A stretch of DNA of 64,000 nt. Origin: the human T2T-CHM13v2.0 reference genome, Homo sapiens. The number at the start of each line of letters is the position of its first letter. The first letter of the stretch is position 1. Positions 1 to 50,960 of the stretch are shown here, piece after piece. The notes beneath the pieces are model-generated. The model saw only the letters and a program-made list of their open reading frames with translations, had not been told where the DNA came from and did not search any database. The translations under genes and the position numbers were made by a program. The stretch lies in NCBI RefSeq assembly GCF_009914755.1, contig NC_060940.1. One strand, written 5' to 3'.

Positions 1-1783
1 CTTTTAGACAAGATGGGGGCTGGCTTGGACATGTGGATGCAATGGGGCTTGCCCACCTGCTCTACTTCTTAGAGCTAAGAAACACAGTGTCCAAGGGCAA
101 AATCCCAAAGGAGAGTGAGAACTAGATACTAAAGATATACTGCAAGAGTTAGAAACTATACCTACATGAAGAGGTTTGAGATAGAGGGTAGAGCATCAAG
201 GAATTCTGAGTTGCCAAAGCATAGTTCTCAGTGCTCTGTTTGTAGAATGTCAAAAGGAAGAAGAGTTGGATGAAAGTACAGAAAATAATCTGTAGAGTGG
301 GGAAAAGGATTTTAAAAGAGATGAGGAATGTCTAATATTTATGAGAGTGTGGTAAAAGGCTAAATGACGCTAAAGCTGTCAGGTAGGATTTGCTGGACTT
401 GGTAGCTAAGGGGCTTGATGCCTTGATGAGGGCATGAGACAAGGCTTGCTCCAGTGTGTGGGCAATGAAAACCAAAATCCTATATGAGGTCAAGAGTCTC
501 AAAGGCCAGTAATTACTGACAAACAGCACGGAGAAATAGCAAGGAAATTTATCTCATCACGGACTTTGGGTAAGAAAATTATTGTTTCCCTTGAGAATTT
601 GTAACCATAGACCCACCTTCTCTTGAGTTCGTGATTTGTCTTTTACTTTATCTGTGTGGTCCAAGAGCCCTCAGTGTAATATAAAAAAGGATCAGTCCTT
701 TACTGGTAATATATCTAGGGTGCCTGGTAAAAACAAAAAGCACCTGTAAGAAACAGTTCAACCCTGACTATGCACGAGTCCCGAAGATGAAGCCCTGCAT
801 AAAATGAAGTAAAAACCCCAAGTTTAAAAATATATGAGAAACCATTTACCATGAGTGAATGTTAGCATGCAATAAAGAGTAAGATTAGACCCCTGAGAAT
901 TTCTGATGTATCTACTGAAATAAAAAAATTCCTATTGAAATTTTTTAAAGTAAATTTGTAAATGATTAAAGACATTAAAGAAAGAACCAGGAACAAAAGA
1001 CAAGATATGATTTTAAAATACTAGAAAGATGTGAAAAAGATGATATTTAACTTTAAAAGTGGGAAAAGGCTGAGGGCAGTGTGGCTCACGCCTGTAATCC
1101 CAGCACTTTGGAGGGTAAGGTGGGAGGATCACTTGAGCCCAGGAGTTCAAGACCAACCTGAGCAATATAATGGGACCCCATCTCTAAAAAAAGAGAGAGA
1201 GAAAGAAAAATGTGGAAAATACATTTATTGATATGTAAAAGTCAACAAACAGGTTAAACATTCTCCTGGAAAAGCAGATAAGACACAGTTCATAAAGGGA
1301 GAAATGATTTGGAAAACAGATGTGAGGAAATTATCCAGTATAGCATAATGGATTCGTCTGGACCAATCAGGAGAGATAACCCAAATAGTCATTTGAACAG
1401 GAAATGTATAATGTAAAGAATTATTAATTATACTATAGTAATAGATTAGTAAAAAATAAAGACTACATTAAAGAATATAGGAATAGCATATAAAAGCAGC
1501 ATCTACCACTCCTAGGGCTCAGATAAAGCTCCCAAGGAAGAGTCCCATCCCTATCAGTGCCAAGATCCAGACTTTGGTAGGAGGATATGGCCATGTCTCA
1601 CTGGATGGCAGAAAAGTTGCTAAAAAGCTACCCGTTGAAACTGGCTGTAAATCTGCCCTGTAAGGTTGCCAAGGAAGATTTTCCTGGGAAAGTGTCTCAC
1701 TGGAAGCACTTCACTCACAAAACCACTCAAGAGGGAGGTTACTGGGAAAAGCTGCTGACCAAGAGTGCTAAAGAAACTGCTCA

Positions 1784-2072
<289 letters not shown>

Positions 2073-2303
2073 GAAACTGCTCAAATTGTGGGAGCTGGGT
2101 ACTGGGGAAGTGGCCTTGCTATGGGAGCTAAGCAATGGAGGTGATCACCAGAATTAGGACGTAAAACCCTTTTCCTCTACAGTGTCTCTCTGGTTTGCTG
2201 TACTAACAAAGCTTTATATCATGCTGACTGACAGAGGAAAAACTATTTAAAGAGCTGTTTAACTATTTTCTTAGAGCAGGCAAAAAAAAAAAAGTATGAG
2301 AGG

Positions 2304-2627
<324 letters not shown>

Positions 2628-2639
2628 TCAATAACCACC

Positions 2640-3010
2640 ACAGTGGAATATGTATTAAAAAATTTAGAAACAAGGAGGATAGCATGATAACATCTGGCAT
2701 GTATCGAGTAGGTATTCCAGAAGGAGAGACTAGAGACAATAAGAAAGAAGCACTATGAAGAGATAGCAGCTGAGAATTTTTCAGATGTTATGAATACATG
2801 AATCCTCAGTTTCAAGAAATAAAATAAGTCTTGGCAGGATAAATAAAACTAAGTCCACTCCAAGAAACATCATGGTGAAATTGAAGATACACCAAACAAA
2901 GAGAAGATATTAAAAGCAACCAGAGAAAAAGAGATACCCACAAAGGAATTATGATTCTAACTTCAGGCTTTTTTAAAACAACAATAGAAACTAGTAGTCA
3001 TTGATATAAA
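2640..3010 (+). mobile_element. Ancient L1M ORF1 fragment
   Basis: gctgagaatttttcag...agaagatattaaaagcaaccagagaaaaa. Confidence 0.6.
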
Positions 3011-3520
3011 ATTGCTAAAGTTATGAATATAAGGTAATATTGGAATAGCTAATTAAAGATGCTCTGTTGACAAAAACTGAATCTTCAGCACAAGCAAACT
3101 GCTTAAAGCTAAAAAGGAAAAGATTTGTAGGTTACCTAATAACCAGATATGAAAATGAATAAGTTATCTAAGAGTTGGTATAAGAAAGGGGAAAAAAACA
3201 CACTTAGTTAGCAATAAAACCTAGGGCATACCCATAGTTAGAGGAAGGTTGGAGGAAAAGAAACTAGCTTAACAGTAATCATAGAAAAGGAAATACTTTT
3301 AGTAAATAATGACTGTCTAATTGTCAAAAGCAATAGAGAAGTGTGAAAGGATGAGAATTGAGAATAAGCAGTTGAAAGTTTTATTTTTGCTAAATTAATT
3401 ATTTAACATTCCATTGGGGGAGAAAAGCTCTCTGTTATAAAGAAGTTTGATTCTCTTTTCTTTTTTTATATATCTCTTGACCCAATTACCCTGTGACAAG
3501 TTTCTATTTTCTTTTAAAAG

Positions 3521-36692
<33,172 letters not shown>

Positions 36693-39295
36693 TTCCCAGA
36701 CTCTGCACTTAAAATATGAACTGATTTTGGATTTTTTCTTTAATAATTAATTGTAAATACCCCAGTGTTGAGTGCATCAATAACTTACTGACCGAACATT
36801 TCAGTTATTTGTTTAGAAGTGCAAACTGCTTTCAGAGACTTTTTGCATGTAATATTTCTTAAGATTCATAAGTTTCTGAACTCGTATGTACTATCAAATA
36901 CATAAAGGTGTAAAATTACAACAAAAGGCATTATAATTTTGTTGGGGGTTAATTTTATGAAAATTATGCTCAATAAGAGTTGTATATTTAATATATTTGC
37001 AGTGAACACAGAATACTTTATGCATATTACTGATTTAATTTGAATATAGTTTTACAGCCTCCTTGACACCTATAATTTACAGATCAAAACTCAGCAATAA
37101 TTTGGGCAGCTAATGAATGTCATGAAAGCTGTAGAATCTACATCACCATCCATTGCTTTAATTACATGAAAATGCTCTAGTGTTGTGATGCACTGCTGAT
37201 GTTTCCAATTCAGGTACAAGTATGTTTTAAAGAAGAAATAAGTTTCCCAATCAGCCAATTTAACTGGCTACCTGTTACCTCAGCTGAGTTAGTTTAGGAA
37301 GTTTACATTCGTTTCTAATTCTATACTTGTTTTCAGGGGTTTTTTAAACACATCCTATATATCATGTCAATCTGGCAAGAAATATGACTTGCTTTTTGCT
37401 GAGCTTAATTCAGATATCAGTAAAATTAAGTCATAAAATAATCATGTGTCATGTGACTTTGGCACCCTATAGACATACTTAGTTTTAACTTTTCAAAGTT
37501 TGGCCTCCTATTAGAAATAATCATGTCTCAGATGAGTAATGTCTGTTTCCAGGGTTCAGAAAAGGCAAACTCATGAAATGCCACTGAAAAGAACTTTCAA
37601 CACAGCATACTTCATGTAAAAGAAATTGTTTGTTTGCTTTCTTTGTGTAGATTTCTATTTGTGTTTTATGTCATGGAAATATTCCAGAATTAACAGATAA
37701 TAGTGGTAAAGTAATATGCAGATAGTCTAAATTCATTTTGAGTTTCTAGGTGTAAGCAGACTAAATGTTGCCCAGAATCAGTGTTGGGTTATCAGTTTAT
37801 ATTAAATATACTGAGTTGCCCGTTTTGAAAATGCACTTTGAATAATCTCAAAAAGATGTACAAGTTATACCTGTAAACCACAAAAGTGAAGCCTGAGGCT
37901 TCTGTTCAATTTCATAGACTCCTTTACCATGTAAAATTTGTCTGATATTTGATTTGTGATACAATTTCTCCTGCTAAAGCTGCTATTATTCTGACAAGGT
38001 AGAGGTCCAGGTTCACCTTTATATATATTTAAAACAATTAGTACTGAATTGGACATAAAAATATTGACATTCTAAGGAGAGATATATGTTAGCATTTTTC
38101 TGGTACTCAAATAAGTTAGTAGTAAAGTCTGCAAGGGCATAAATTTAGGGGGAAAAAGTGTCCCAGTTCTCTCCTACAGAAAAAATACTTTCAGTATGTT
38201 TTGATAAAACTGTTGCTTTGTCATGAGTTAGTCAATTGTATCAGGTTTTCCAAGACCTTTACCAGTAAATTATGTTTCTGTATGTAAAATAACCCCTTAT
38301 TAGAGAGACAGTGTTATATGTATTTACAAAATTATATAAGTTCCATTGGGATTGTATTGATTTTGTATTTTCCCAAAATAGTACTTTGAATTGATAGTCC
38401 TTTATGCAATGTCTTAGCAATAGTCTCTATAATGCCCATCCAGGAGAAGTGGGTAGTAATTCTTCATCATGAAAATGATATATTACATATTTAGTATCTT
38501 CCCTTTGCAGTATTGCACTTTTGTTTAACTAGAATACACCTATGAGATAGCCAAAGTTTCAAACACAGTTATCTTAGTTTACCGGTGGAGTATTTCAACA
38601 CCAACCACATTTCCCTTCCTCCCTCTAATTCTACCCACATGATCTTTATTCCTTCCTTTCGCCAATTAAAAAAAAAAAAAAGGAAAAAAAATCTGTAGAT
38701 CTTGTCACTAAAATCTAATTTATATCAAATTTATGAGAGAAAGTATTTTCCTAATTATGGTCAAATAAATTTGGTTAACATCCTAGTGATTCTCTTTCTA
38801 TATAATAAGGCAATTACAGTTTTCAAAGCATTAAGTCTAACATAACTTTAAACATTCTCTTAGGTTTCAAGACACTTCTATTTAATATTCATTGGGGAAA
38901 AGTTGTCCAGCTATCAGCTAAGAAAACACATGCAAATATGGTTGTGTAAAGTTAAGGGTTATAAGGAAAAAAAAATCAGTAGAATTACATAATACTAAAG
39001 TTGCAGTTGAAAGAATATCCAAGTATGTGTTGGTAGTTACTAAAAGAATTATAGCTGTTATTGCCTTGTATTTATAGCCCTTGTTTCAGGTTTTATGATT
39101 CAAGTCTTAGTCCAATCTTTCTTTTGGACATTTGCAATATTTACCAGTTGTGTTTTGTGTAGTCTGAATTTGCTTTCTGTAGTTGAGCAAACGTCTTAAA
39201 AAGTCATTTGTAATTTATTAAATTACTTTCTATGATGTTCTATAGAGCAAATGGAAGTTTAATTATTTTTTATTAAACATATTCTTTGACTACCC
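36693..39295 (+). other. CHD9: CHD9 3'UTR (~2.6 kb, AU-rich, no recognisable repeats); 3' end approximate
   Basis: Repeat-free AT-rich stretch after the stop codon, ending near ATTAAA hexamers. Confidence 0.75.
39272..39277 (+). terminator. Probable CHD9 poly(A) signal ATTAAA (alternatives: AATAAA 38764-38769, ATTAAA 39217-39222)
   Basis: Hexamer preceded by U-rich sequence at the end of the repeat-free UTR block. Confidence 0.6.
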
Positions 39296-40071
39296 ATGAT
39301 GTCAGCCTCTGTACATGAGAATACTTTTTAAAATTGAATTTTATATAGAATTTATCTTATTCCAGTTATGAGAGACACCATAGTTGTAAATCTTTAAAAG
39401 GAAAATATACCGTGGAAGAATTTTTAAAACAAAAATTGGCTATAATTTTATCCACAGTATCTTAAATGCTGTCAATTTTTCATTTTGATTTAATTTTATT
39501 AATATTGTTCATTGTGGATATTGGTGACTGCAAAAAAAGCAAAAGCTGCTTCTTGGGCATTCAAATTGTTAAACCCCAATTTTGCAGCCCAATCTCAACT
39601 TCATGCTGAACATTAAGTATTATTTTCTTAAGTTTTTGGACTTTTAAAAAACTCAGAAATACTCAGAGATATTCCTCACCTCTTTAAGAAGTCCATTTTG
39701 GAAATCAATAATTATTTTTTTCCCTTAGTCTTAAGAGTGTTTCCTAACTCATTGCCATGGGTAGTGTTCTTCGTAAACATTGAAGAAAATAGTTTTTCCT
39801 CTAATTACACAACTAAAACAGTGGAGTCTCATACTCATTTAACTTGAACACATTCAACTACACTTTCATGTTTAGAAAACCTTTTTTTCATTTTTGTACA
39901 ACATAACATATAAACACAAACCAACTGCTTCATCTAGTACTCACCCAGAGGAACAGTAGTCTGTTCCAGTGTTGGAGGAAGAATTGCCTATGTTGGACAT
40001 TTTTGAGAAGAGATATGAGGTATAAAATGATGTATTCTGTAATTTGTGAGCTCTGTGAGAGAAAAGAGTGA

Positions 40072-40372
40072 TTTTTTTTTTTTTTATAAAGACAAGGTCT
40101 TGCTCTGCCTCCCCTAGGGTGGAGTGCAGTGGTGCGATCACAGCCCACTGCATCCTTGACCTGTTGGGCTCAAGCAATCCTCCCTCCTCAGCCTCCTGAG
40201 TAGCTGAGACTACAGCATGCATCACCACAACGAGCTAATTTTTGTATTTTTTGTAGAGATGGGGTTTTGCCGTGTTGCCCAGGCTGATCTCAAACTCCTG
40301 GGCTCAAGCAGTCTACCCATCTCGGCCTCCCAAAGTGCTGGGATTACAGGTGTGAGCCACCACACCCAGCCA
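40072..40372 (-). mobile_element. AluJ-like
   Basis: Alu consensus. Confidence 0.88.
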
Positions 40373-40560
40373 GAAATGATTTTTGACTACACCTAATATT
40401 CACTTTATACAATAAACTTAGAACTTAATCTCTATATAAGCTATTTATTTTAAAATTCAGAAAAGCAAAAAAATATTTAAATCATTCATAAACTAAAACT
40501 ACCCAGAGATAAACACTGTCAGTAATATATTCAATCTTTTGTATATCTATGTTATTTACA

Positions 40561-40990
40561 TGTAGTGGGTTGAGTAGTGTCATTCAGAAACTGATGTCAA
40601 CCTAAAACCTCAGAATGTGGCCTTATTTTGGAAATCGGGTCTTGGCAAATGTAATTAGTTGTAGTCATGCCGGATTAGGGTGGGCCCTAAATCCAATGAC
40701 TAGTGTCCTTAGAAGAAGAGCAGAAGATACTCAGAAACACTGGGAAGGCTGTTTTGTGATAAAGGAGACCGGAGGGATGTTCCTACAACTAGGGAACACC
40801 AAGGATTGCCAGCAACCACCAGAAGCTAGGAGAGAAGTAACAAGCATTCTCCTTCATAGCTTCCGGAAAGAACCAACCTTGCCAACACCTTGATTTGGGG
40901 TTTCTAACCTGAACTGTAAGAGAATAAATTTCCATTGTTTTAAGTCACCTAGTTTGTGGTAATTTGTCATGGCAGCCCTAGGAAACTGAT
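40561..40990 (+). mobile_element. MaLR LTR (MLT1B/C-like)
   Basis: tgtagtgggttga...aacctcagaatgtggccttattttggaaat...gagaataaattt...gcagccctaggaaact. Confidence 0.8.
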
Positions 40991-42351
40991 AGCTTTTCAT
41001 ATTAACTCAGTGTTTTATGGTACATAATTTCTACCTGCTGTAGGCTTTGAAAAAGAAGAAAAAAAACTTGGTGCACTGCCCTTAATATACTGACCTATGT
41101 CAAATAAGAATCCTGCAATGTAATTTTTAATACATAGTATTGATTCATACAGATGTAATTTATTTAATCATTAATTTAAAATGGATATTTGGGTTTATGT
41201 AGACATTTTTGCATCCATCCCTAAATAATTTGCTTAATTCCTAGAACTGAAAATACTTCCTCTGTTTTTAAGGACTTCAGTTTATGTTTCCACGTTTATA
41301 ACGAAGCTCCTAGTAGCTATTTATACTAACATTAGCAGCATACGTTTTGCGCATGCCCATTTATTCCCAAATCTTTGCCAATGCTGTGTATTGTCTTTTT
41401 AAATAATCTTTGCCAAATTAATAGGCATAAATTATATTTTGATCTTTAAAATTAACTTATTGTTCTTTTTTCCTAGTTAAAAAAAAAAAGACATCCATAT
41501 TATAGAAAATCCAAAGGGACAGGGGAAGCACAAAGTAAAACCCCCATAATGCTGAATTCAGAGATAATCATTAACCTTTGGGTAATTTTTCTTTGCATAT
41601 ACATAATATATATTTGAATAACAACGGAGTTATACTGTACATACCATTTGTAACCTACTTTTTTCATTGACTATATCATGACTATCTTTCCATGTCATTA
41701 AAGAATCTTCCACAACATTATTAAGGGCTTTCTGATATTCCAATATATAGATGTATTATAATTTAATACCCAATTATTGAACATTTAGATATATAATATT
41801 TCAGTTTGGGGCTACTAAACAATAAGGTGTTTCTAGTTAAATATTTGCATACATTTATGATTCTTTCATTAAATATTTAGGCATGAAATAGTTGTGTTTG
41901 AGTCTTGGAACCAGTAAGATTGTTCTATTTTATACCTCAACAGCAAAGCGAACAGGATATGCAGGATGCCTGCATTTATAATTAAATAATCTAAATATAC
42001 ATTACGAAGTATTCAGCTCATGTGTATCATATATATGCATTATATATCACAGGCGTTTTTTTCCTGTTTTGCATATTATGCAAACAGTAGACAAGAAAAC
42101 TGGAGTGACTTTACTAATACCAGATAAATAGACTTTAAAACAAAAGAAAATTGCTAGAAATAAACATTTTATAATGATAAAAAAGGCCAATCTACTGGGA
42201 AAAATCACAATTATAAACATATATGCACTTAACAACAAAGCTGCACAATTCATGAAGCAAAAACTAACACAGTTGAAAGAAGAAGTATACAATAAAACAA
42301 GAATAGTTGGAGACTTCAATATATCCTTTATATAATGGATAATATAACTTT

Positions 42352-45232
<2,881 letters not shown>

Positions 45233-45850
45233 GGATAATATAACTTTCAATAATGGATAGAGCAACTAGGCACAGGGTCAACAAGAAAACAAGACTTGAA
45301 CAACACTGTAAACCATCTAAACCTAAAAGACATCTATTAAGCATTCCACTTAATAAAGGAATAGACATTTTTCTGAAGCATACATGGAACATTTTTTAGG
45401 ATAGACCATATGAAAGACTGTAAGACAAGTCTGAAAGGTAAAAGGTTGAATCATACAAAGTATGTTTTCCAAGCATGGTAGAATAAAATTAGAATTCAAT
45501 AGTGAAGCTTAGAAATTCACAATTATGTGGAAATTAAACAATATACTCGAATAACAAATGGGTCAAAGAAGAACTCTCAGTGGAAATTAGAAAACATCTT
45601 GAGAAGAATTAAAACAACATTGCAAAACATGAGATGTAGCCAAAGCAGTGCACAGTGGGAAATCTATGCTAAGGAAAAAAGTCTCAAATCAACCTGACTT
45701 TCCACCTTAAGAAACTAGAAAAAGAAGATCAATCTAAACACAAAACAAGCCAAAGTAAGGAAACAATAAAGATTTGAACAGTAATTAAATAGAGAATGGA
45801 AAAACAATAGAGAAAATGAAACCAAAAGTTGATCATTTTTTTAAAAATCA

Positions 45851-46072
45851 ATGCTATGGTTTGACTGTGGTCCTCAAATTCATATGTCGATTGGAGGTGA
45901 GGCCTTTGGAAAGTAATCTCTTGCCATGTTATGAAGCAACAAGAAGACCCTCATCAGATGCCAGTGTAATGCTCTTAAACTTCCCAGCCTCCACACCTAT
46001 AAGACATAAATTTCTTTTCTTATAAATTACCCATTCTGTGGTATTTTGTGTAGTAACAGAAAATGGACTAAG
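45851..46072 (+). mobile_element. Internally deleted MST-family LTR inside the old L1M
   Basis: tgctatggtttgactgtggtcctcaaattcatatg...ataaattacccattctgtggtattttg. Confidence 0.65.
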
Positions 46073-46358
46073 GTAATCAACAAATTGACAAAACTTTAGA
46101 CTGATCAACAAAAAGAAAAGACTCAAATTACTTGAATCAAAAATGAAAGAAGAGACATTCCTACTGACCTTACAGGAACATAAAGGATCATAAGGAAATA
46201 TTATGAACAAGTGAATCCAACAGGTTAAATAACCTAGATGAAATGAACAAATTCCTAGAAAGACGCTACTGAAACTAAGTCAAAAAGAAATACAAAGTCT
46301 AAATAGAATTACAATAAGTAAAGAGATTTAATTACTAATTATAAGCAAACTTCCCTTA

Positions 46359-46462
46359 ATCCTTTTGTAGTTCATGAGCGTGATGATTGGGTGTTCACAC
46401 ACATATGTGAGATGTGACCCCTTGAACCTTGTTACCACGTGGGCACATTACCCATCTGATAT
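46359..46462 (+). pseudogene. U13 / SNORD13 C/D-box snoRNA retrocopy
   Basis: Starts atccttttgtagttcatgagcgtgatgattgggtgttca (U13 5' end with box C TGATGA) and ends cacattacccatctga (box D CTGA). It has an A-tail and TSD aagcaaacttccctta / aagcagcttcccata. Confidence 0.9.
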
Positions 46463-47741
46463 GAAAAAAAAAGCAGCTTCCCATAAAGAAAATCTGTGGC
46501 TTCACTGGAGAAAAAGTTAGCACCTATTCACAAACCCCTCTAAAAAAAGAAACAGGAAGTGCTCCCCAACTTGTTTTATGAGGTCAATATTACCCTGATA
46601 CCAAAAGTAGACAAAATCATTGCAAAACAACTGCTGTCCAACATCCCTTGAGTATAGGCTCAAAAAAAATGCTGGCAAACTGAATCCATCAGCATATGAA
46701 AAGGACTATACATCACGACCAAGCTGGATTTATTCAAGAAATGCAAGGTTGATCGATGTATGAGAATTAATCAATGTGATATTACTTACCTCAACAGATG
46801 CAGAAAAATAATTTCACAAAATCCAGTACCCTTTCATGATTAAAAAATAGAAAAAAAAATTCAACAACTAGGGATAGAAGACAATTTCCTCAACCTGATA
46901 AAAGACATCTATGTAAAACCCACAACTACTACCATTCTTACTGGTGAAAGACTATTTTCTCCTAAGTCAAGAACAAGACAAAGATATTCACTCCTGCTAG
47001 CCTTTATTCAACATTATTTTGGAAGTTCTGCCCAGGGCAATAAGGCAAGGAAAAGAAAAAAAGACATGCAGATGGGAAAAGGAAGTAAAAATATCTCTGT
47101 TTCAGATGATATGATCTTGTATATAGAAAATCTTAAGGAATGTACTAAAAAAACAAAATATTATTATTAGAAAATGAATAAACAAGCTTAGCAAGGTTGC
47201 AGAATATGACAGCAATATACAAAAATCCATTGTATTCCCAGGTGGCTTCTTTGCAGAAATTGACCATTTTATCCTAAAGTTCATATAGAAATACAAGGGA
47301 CTCAGAAATAGACAAAACAAATTTTTTAAAAGAACAAAGTTGGAGTAGTCACACTTCCTGATTTCAAAACTTACTACAAAGACATAATAATCAAGACAGT
47401 ATTGTGTAGGAATTGATATAAACAAATGGATTAATGGAACAGAAATAAGAGTTTAGAAATAAACCCTTAACATTTATGGTTGGTTGATTTTTCTTCCAGC
47501 CTTACTGAGGTACAATTGACAAATAAAAATTGTATATATTTAAAAGTGGATGTCGTGTCTTTTTTGCTTTTTCTTTTTTTTTTTTTTTTTTTTTTTTTTT
47601 TGAGACAGAGACTCACTCTCACCCAGACTGGAGTGCAGTAATGCAAATTCCTGCAGACTCAAATTCCTGGGCTCAAGCAATTCTCCTTCAGCCTCTGAAG
47701 TAGCTAGGACTACAGACGTGCAACACCATGCCTGGCTAATT

Positions 47742-47745
<4 letters not shown>

Positions 47746-47795
<50 letters not shown>
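47746..47795. repeat. (TA)25 microsatellite in the middle linker of an antisense Alu
   Basis: Read directly. Confidence 0.95.
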
Positions 47796-47798
<3 letters not shown>

Positions 47799-48300
47799 GA
47801 GATGAGGTCTTGGTTCTTGCCGTGTTGCCCAGGCTGGTCCTGTACTCCTGGCCTCAAGCAATCCTCTCCCTCAGCCTTCCAAAGCTCTGGGATTACAGGC
47901 ATGAACCACCACATCCAGCTGATCATGTTGTTTTGATATGTGCTGTGAAATAATTGCCACAATCAAGCAAGCTAACATATCCATCATCTAACATAGTTAC
48001 CGTGTGTGTGTGTGTGTTAACACTTAAGATTTACTCTCAACAAATTTCAAATATTCAATATAGTATTACTAACTGTAGTTATTATGTTGTACATTTGATC
48101 TCGACAACTTATTCATCCTGTGTAACAGAAACTTTGTACCGTTTGAATGAGCAGTTAATCTTTGAAAAGAGTGCCAAGACAATTCAATGGGGGAAAGGAT
48201 ATTTGGAACAACTGAATATCCATACACAAAAAAATGAAGTTGCACTCAGAATCGATCATAGTCCTAAATGTAAGAGATGAAATTATAAAACTCTTAGAAG

Positions 48301-48651
<351 letters not shown>

Positions 48652-49269
48652 TTATGCAAAAGCTTCTTAGACTTGACATTAAAAGCACAAGTAATAAAAG
48701 AAAAAATAAACATCAAAATTAATATATTTAGTGCTTCAAAGGACACCTTCAAGAAAGAGAAGGCTGAGCGTGGTGGCACATTCCTGTAATCCCAGTACTT
48801 TAGGAGGCCAAGGCAGGAAAATTTGCTTGAGCCCAGAAGTTCAAGACCAGCCTGGGCAACAGAGAGAGACTCCAAATCTACAAAAATAATAGTAAGTAAA
48901 AAGAAAGAGAACAAACAACCCACAGAACTGGAGAAAATATTTGTAAATCATGTATCTGATAAGTAACTTGTATCCAGAACATATAAAGATCTCTTACAAC
49001 TCAAAAATAAAGATAAAAACTCAATTTTAAAAGGAGCAATGGATTTGAGCAGACATTTCTCCAAAGATATACAAATAGCCAATACACACATGAAAAGGTC
49101 CTCAACGTTATTGGCCATTATGTGAATGCAAATCAAAACTAAAATGAGATACCACTTCACACCCCTCAGGATGGCCAGAATTAAAGAGACACTAAAAGTA
49201 TTAGTGAGAAAGTGGACAAATTACAATTCTCACACATTGCAGGAGGGAATGTACAAAGGCATGGCCCCA

Positions 49270-49389
49270 GTCTATGGCTACACCACCCTGAACATGCCAG
49301 ATCTCATCTGATCTCAGAAGCTGGGCAGGGTGGGGCCTGGTTAGTACTTGCATGGAAGACTGCCTGGAAATACTGGGTGCTGTAGACTT
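49270..49389 (+). pseudogene. 5S rRNA pseudogene (RNA5SP type), full length, A-tailed
   Basis: gtctatggctacaccaccctgaacatgccagatctcatctgatctcagaagct...gggcctggttagtacttg...gggtgctgtagactt; CpG decay; degenerate box A and box C; followed by an A-rich tail. Confidence 0.93.
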
Positions 49390-49763
49390 AAAGGAAAAAA
49401 AAAAGAAAAAGAAAAAAAGAAACAAAAGAAACAAAGGGAACTGTTTTCCCTTTGGAAAACAGTTTTGCAATTCCTCAAACTATTAACCATGATGTTGTTA
49501 CCTATGGCTCAGCAATTCTATTCCTAGTATGTACTGAAAGAAATGAAACCATGTTCACCTGAAAACTTACAGACAAATATTTATAGCGGTATTATTCAGA
49601 ATAGCCCAAAAGTAGAAACAACCCAAATGTCCATCAACAGATGAATAAATGAGATGTGTGGTCTATCCATACAATGGAATATTTAACCATAAAAAGGAAG
49701 GAGGGACTGACATATGTTGCAACAGAGATAAATCTTGAAAACATTATTCTAAGTGAAAAAAGT

Positions 49764-50960
49764 TGTAACAGAGCCCCTTGAAATTTCAGCACCCCAACAT
49801 TTTTAGTGACTGAAATAATGAAAATTCTCATAGGCCCTTGCTTCCTTACACAAAAGCCAGCATCCTTTGTTCCCATGATATAATTATAATATAAACTGCT
49901 GATGTGCTGTTTCTTTGTCAAGCAGAAGATAACTTCAGGGTCATGAAAAAAATTTTCAGAAGAAAGGGGCAGGTGCGGTGGCTCACGCCTGTAATCCCAG
50001 TACTTTGGGAGACTGAGGCAGGCAGATCACCTGAGGTCAGGAGTTTGAGACCAGCCTGGCCAACATGGCGAAACTCTGTCTCTACTAAAAATACATAAAT
50101 TAGCCAGGTGTGGTGGTGGGTGCCTGTAATCCCAGCTACTCAGGAGGCTGAGGCAGGGGAATCACCTGAACCTGGTTGCAGTGAGCTGAGATCGCACCAT
50201 TGCACCCCAGCTTGGGTGACAGAGCTAGACTCCGTCCTCCCCAGAAAAAAAGAAAAGAAAAAAGAAAAAACTTTGCAGAAGAAAGAACAAAATCATGTCC
50301 TTTACTGCAACATGGATGCAGGTGGAGGCCATTATGGTAAGTGAATCAATGCAGAAAGAGAAAACTAAATACTGCATGTTCTCAATTATAAGTGGGAGCT
50401 AAACATTGGGCACTCTTGAACATAAAGATGGCAACAATAGACTCTGGGGACTTCTACCAGGGGAGGGAGGAAAGGAGACAGGAGTTGAAAAACTATTGAG
50501 TACTATGCTCGGTACCTGGATGACAGGATCATTCATACCCTAAACCTCAGTATCATGCAATATACTCATGTAACAAACCTGCACATGTAACCCCTGAATC
50601 TAAAATTAAACTTGAAACTTTTATTTTATTTTATTTTGCAGAAGGAATGAATGTCCTTTAAGGACATTGTAACCAACTGCTGTAACCCAGCAATATGCTT
50701 ATTCAAGATGTTATCCGAGACTGAAGAAACGCAGACTTTTCCCCCTCGGTTCCTTGAAACTCCCCCTACCTTACTCTCTAGCCACATAAAACTATTTGCT
50801 TTTCATTCTTGATAGACAGAATTGAGAGATTTTGCTTTTCCCACCTTCTGGTTTTAGTCAAATCAAAAAAAACCTTTCTCTCTCTCCAACCACCTGTGTG
50901 TCAGTGTTTGGCATCAACTTCACGCCAGGCACACAAGCCTGAACTTGGGGTTCTGTTTCA
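49764..50960 (+). mobile_element. ERV1-type solo LTR (family not assigned) interrupted by an Alu and an L1 3' fragment
   Basis: TG...CA termini (tgtaacagag...tgtttca) interrupt the L1M sequence at gtgaaaaaag|...|tcagtcacaaaag. Confidence 0.55.

Noticed and set aside
49270-49389. Functional 5S rRNA gene
   Set aside because: Solitary, A-tailed, CpG-decayed, with altered internal control boxes; called a pseudogene.
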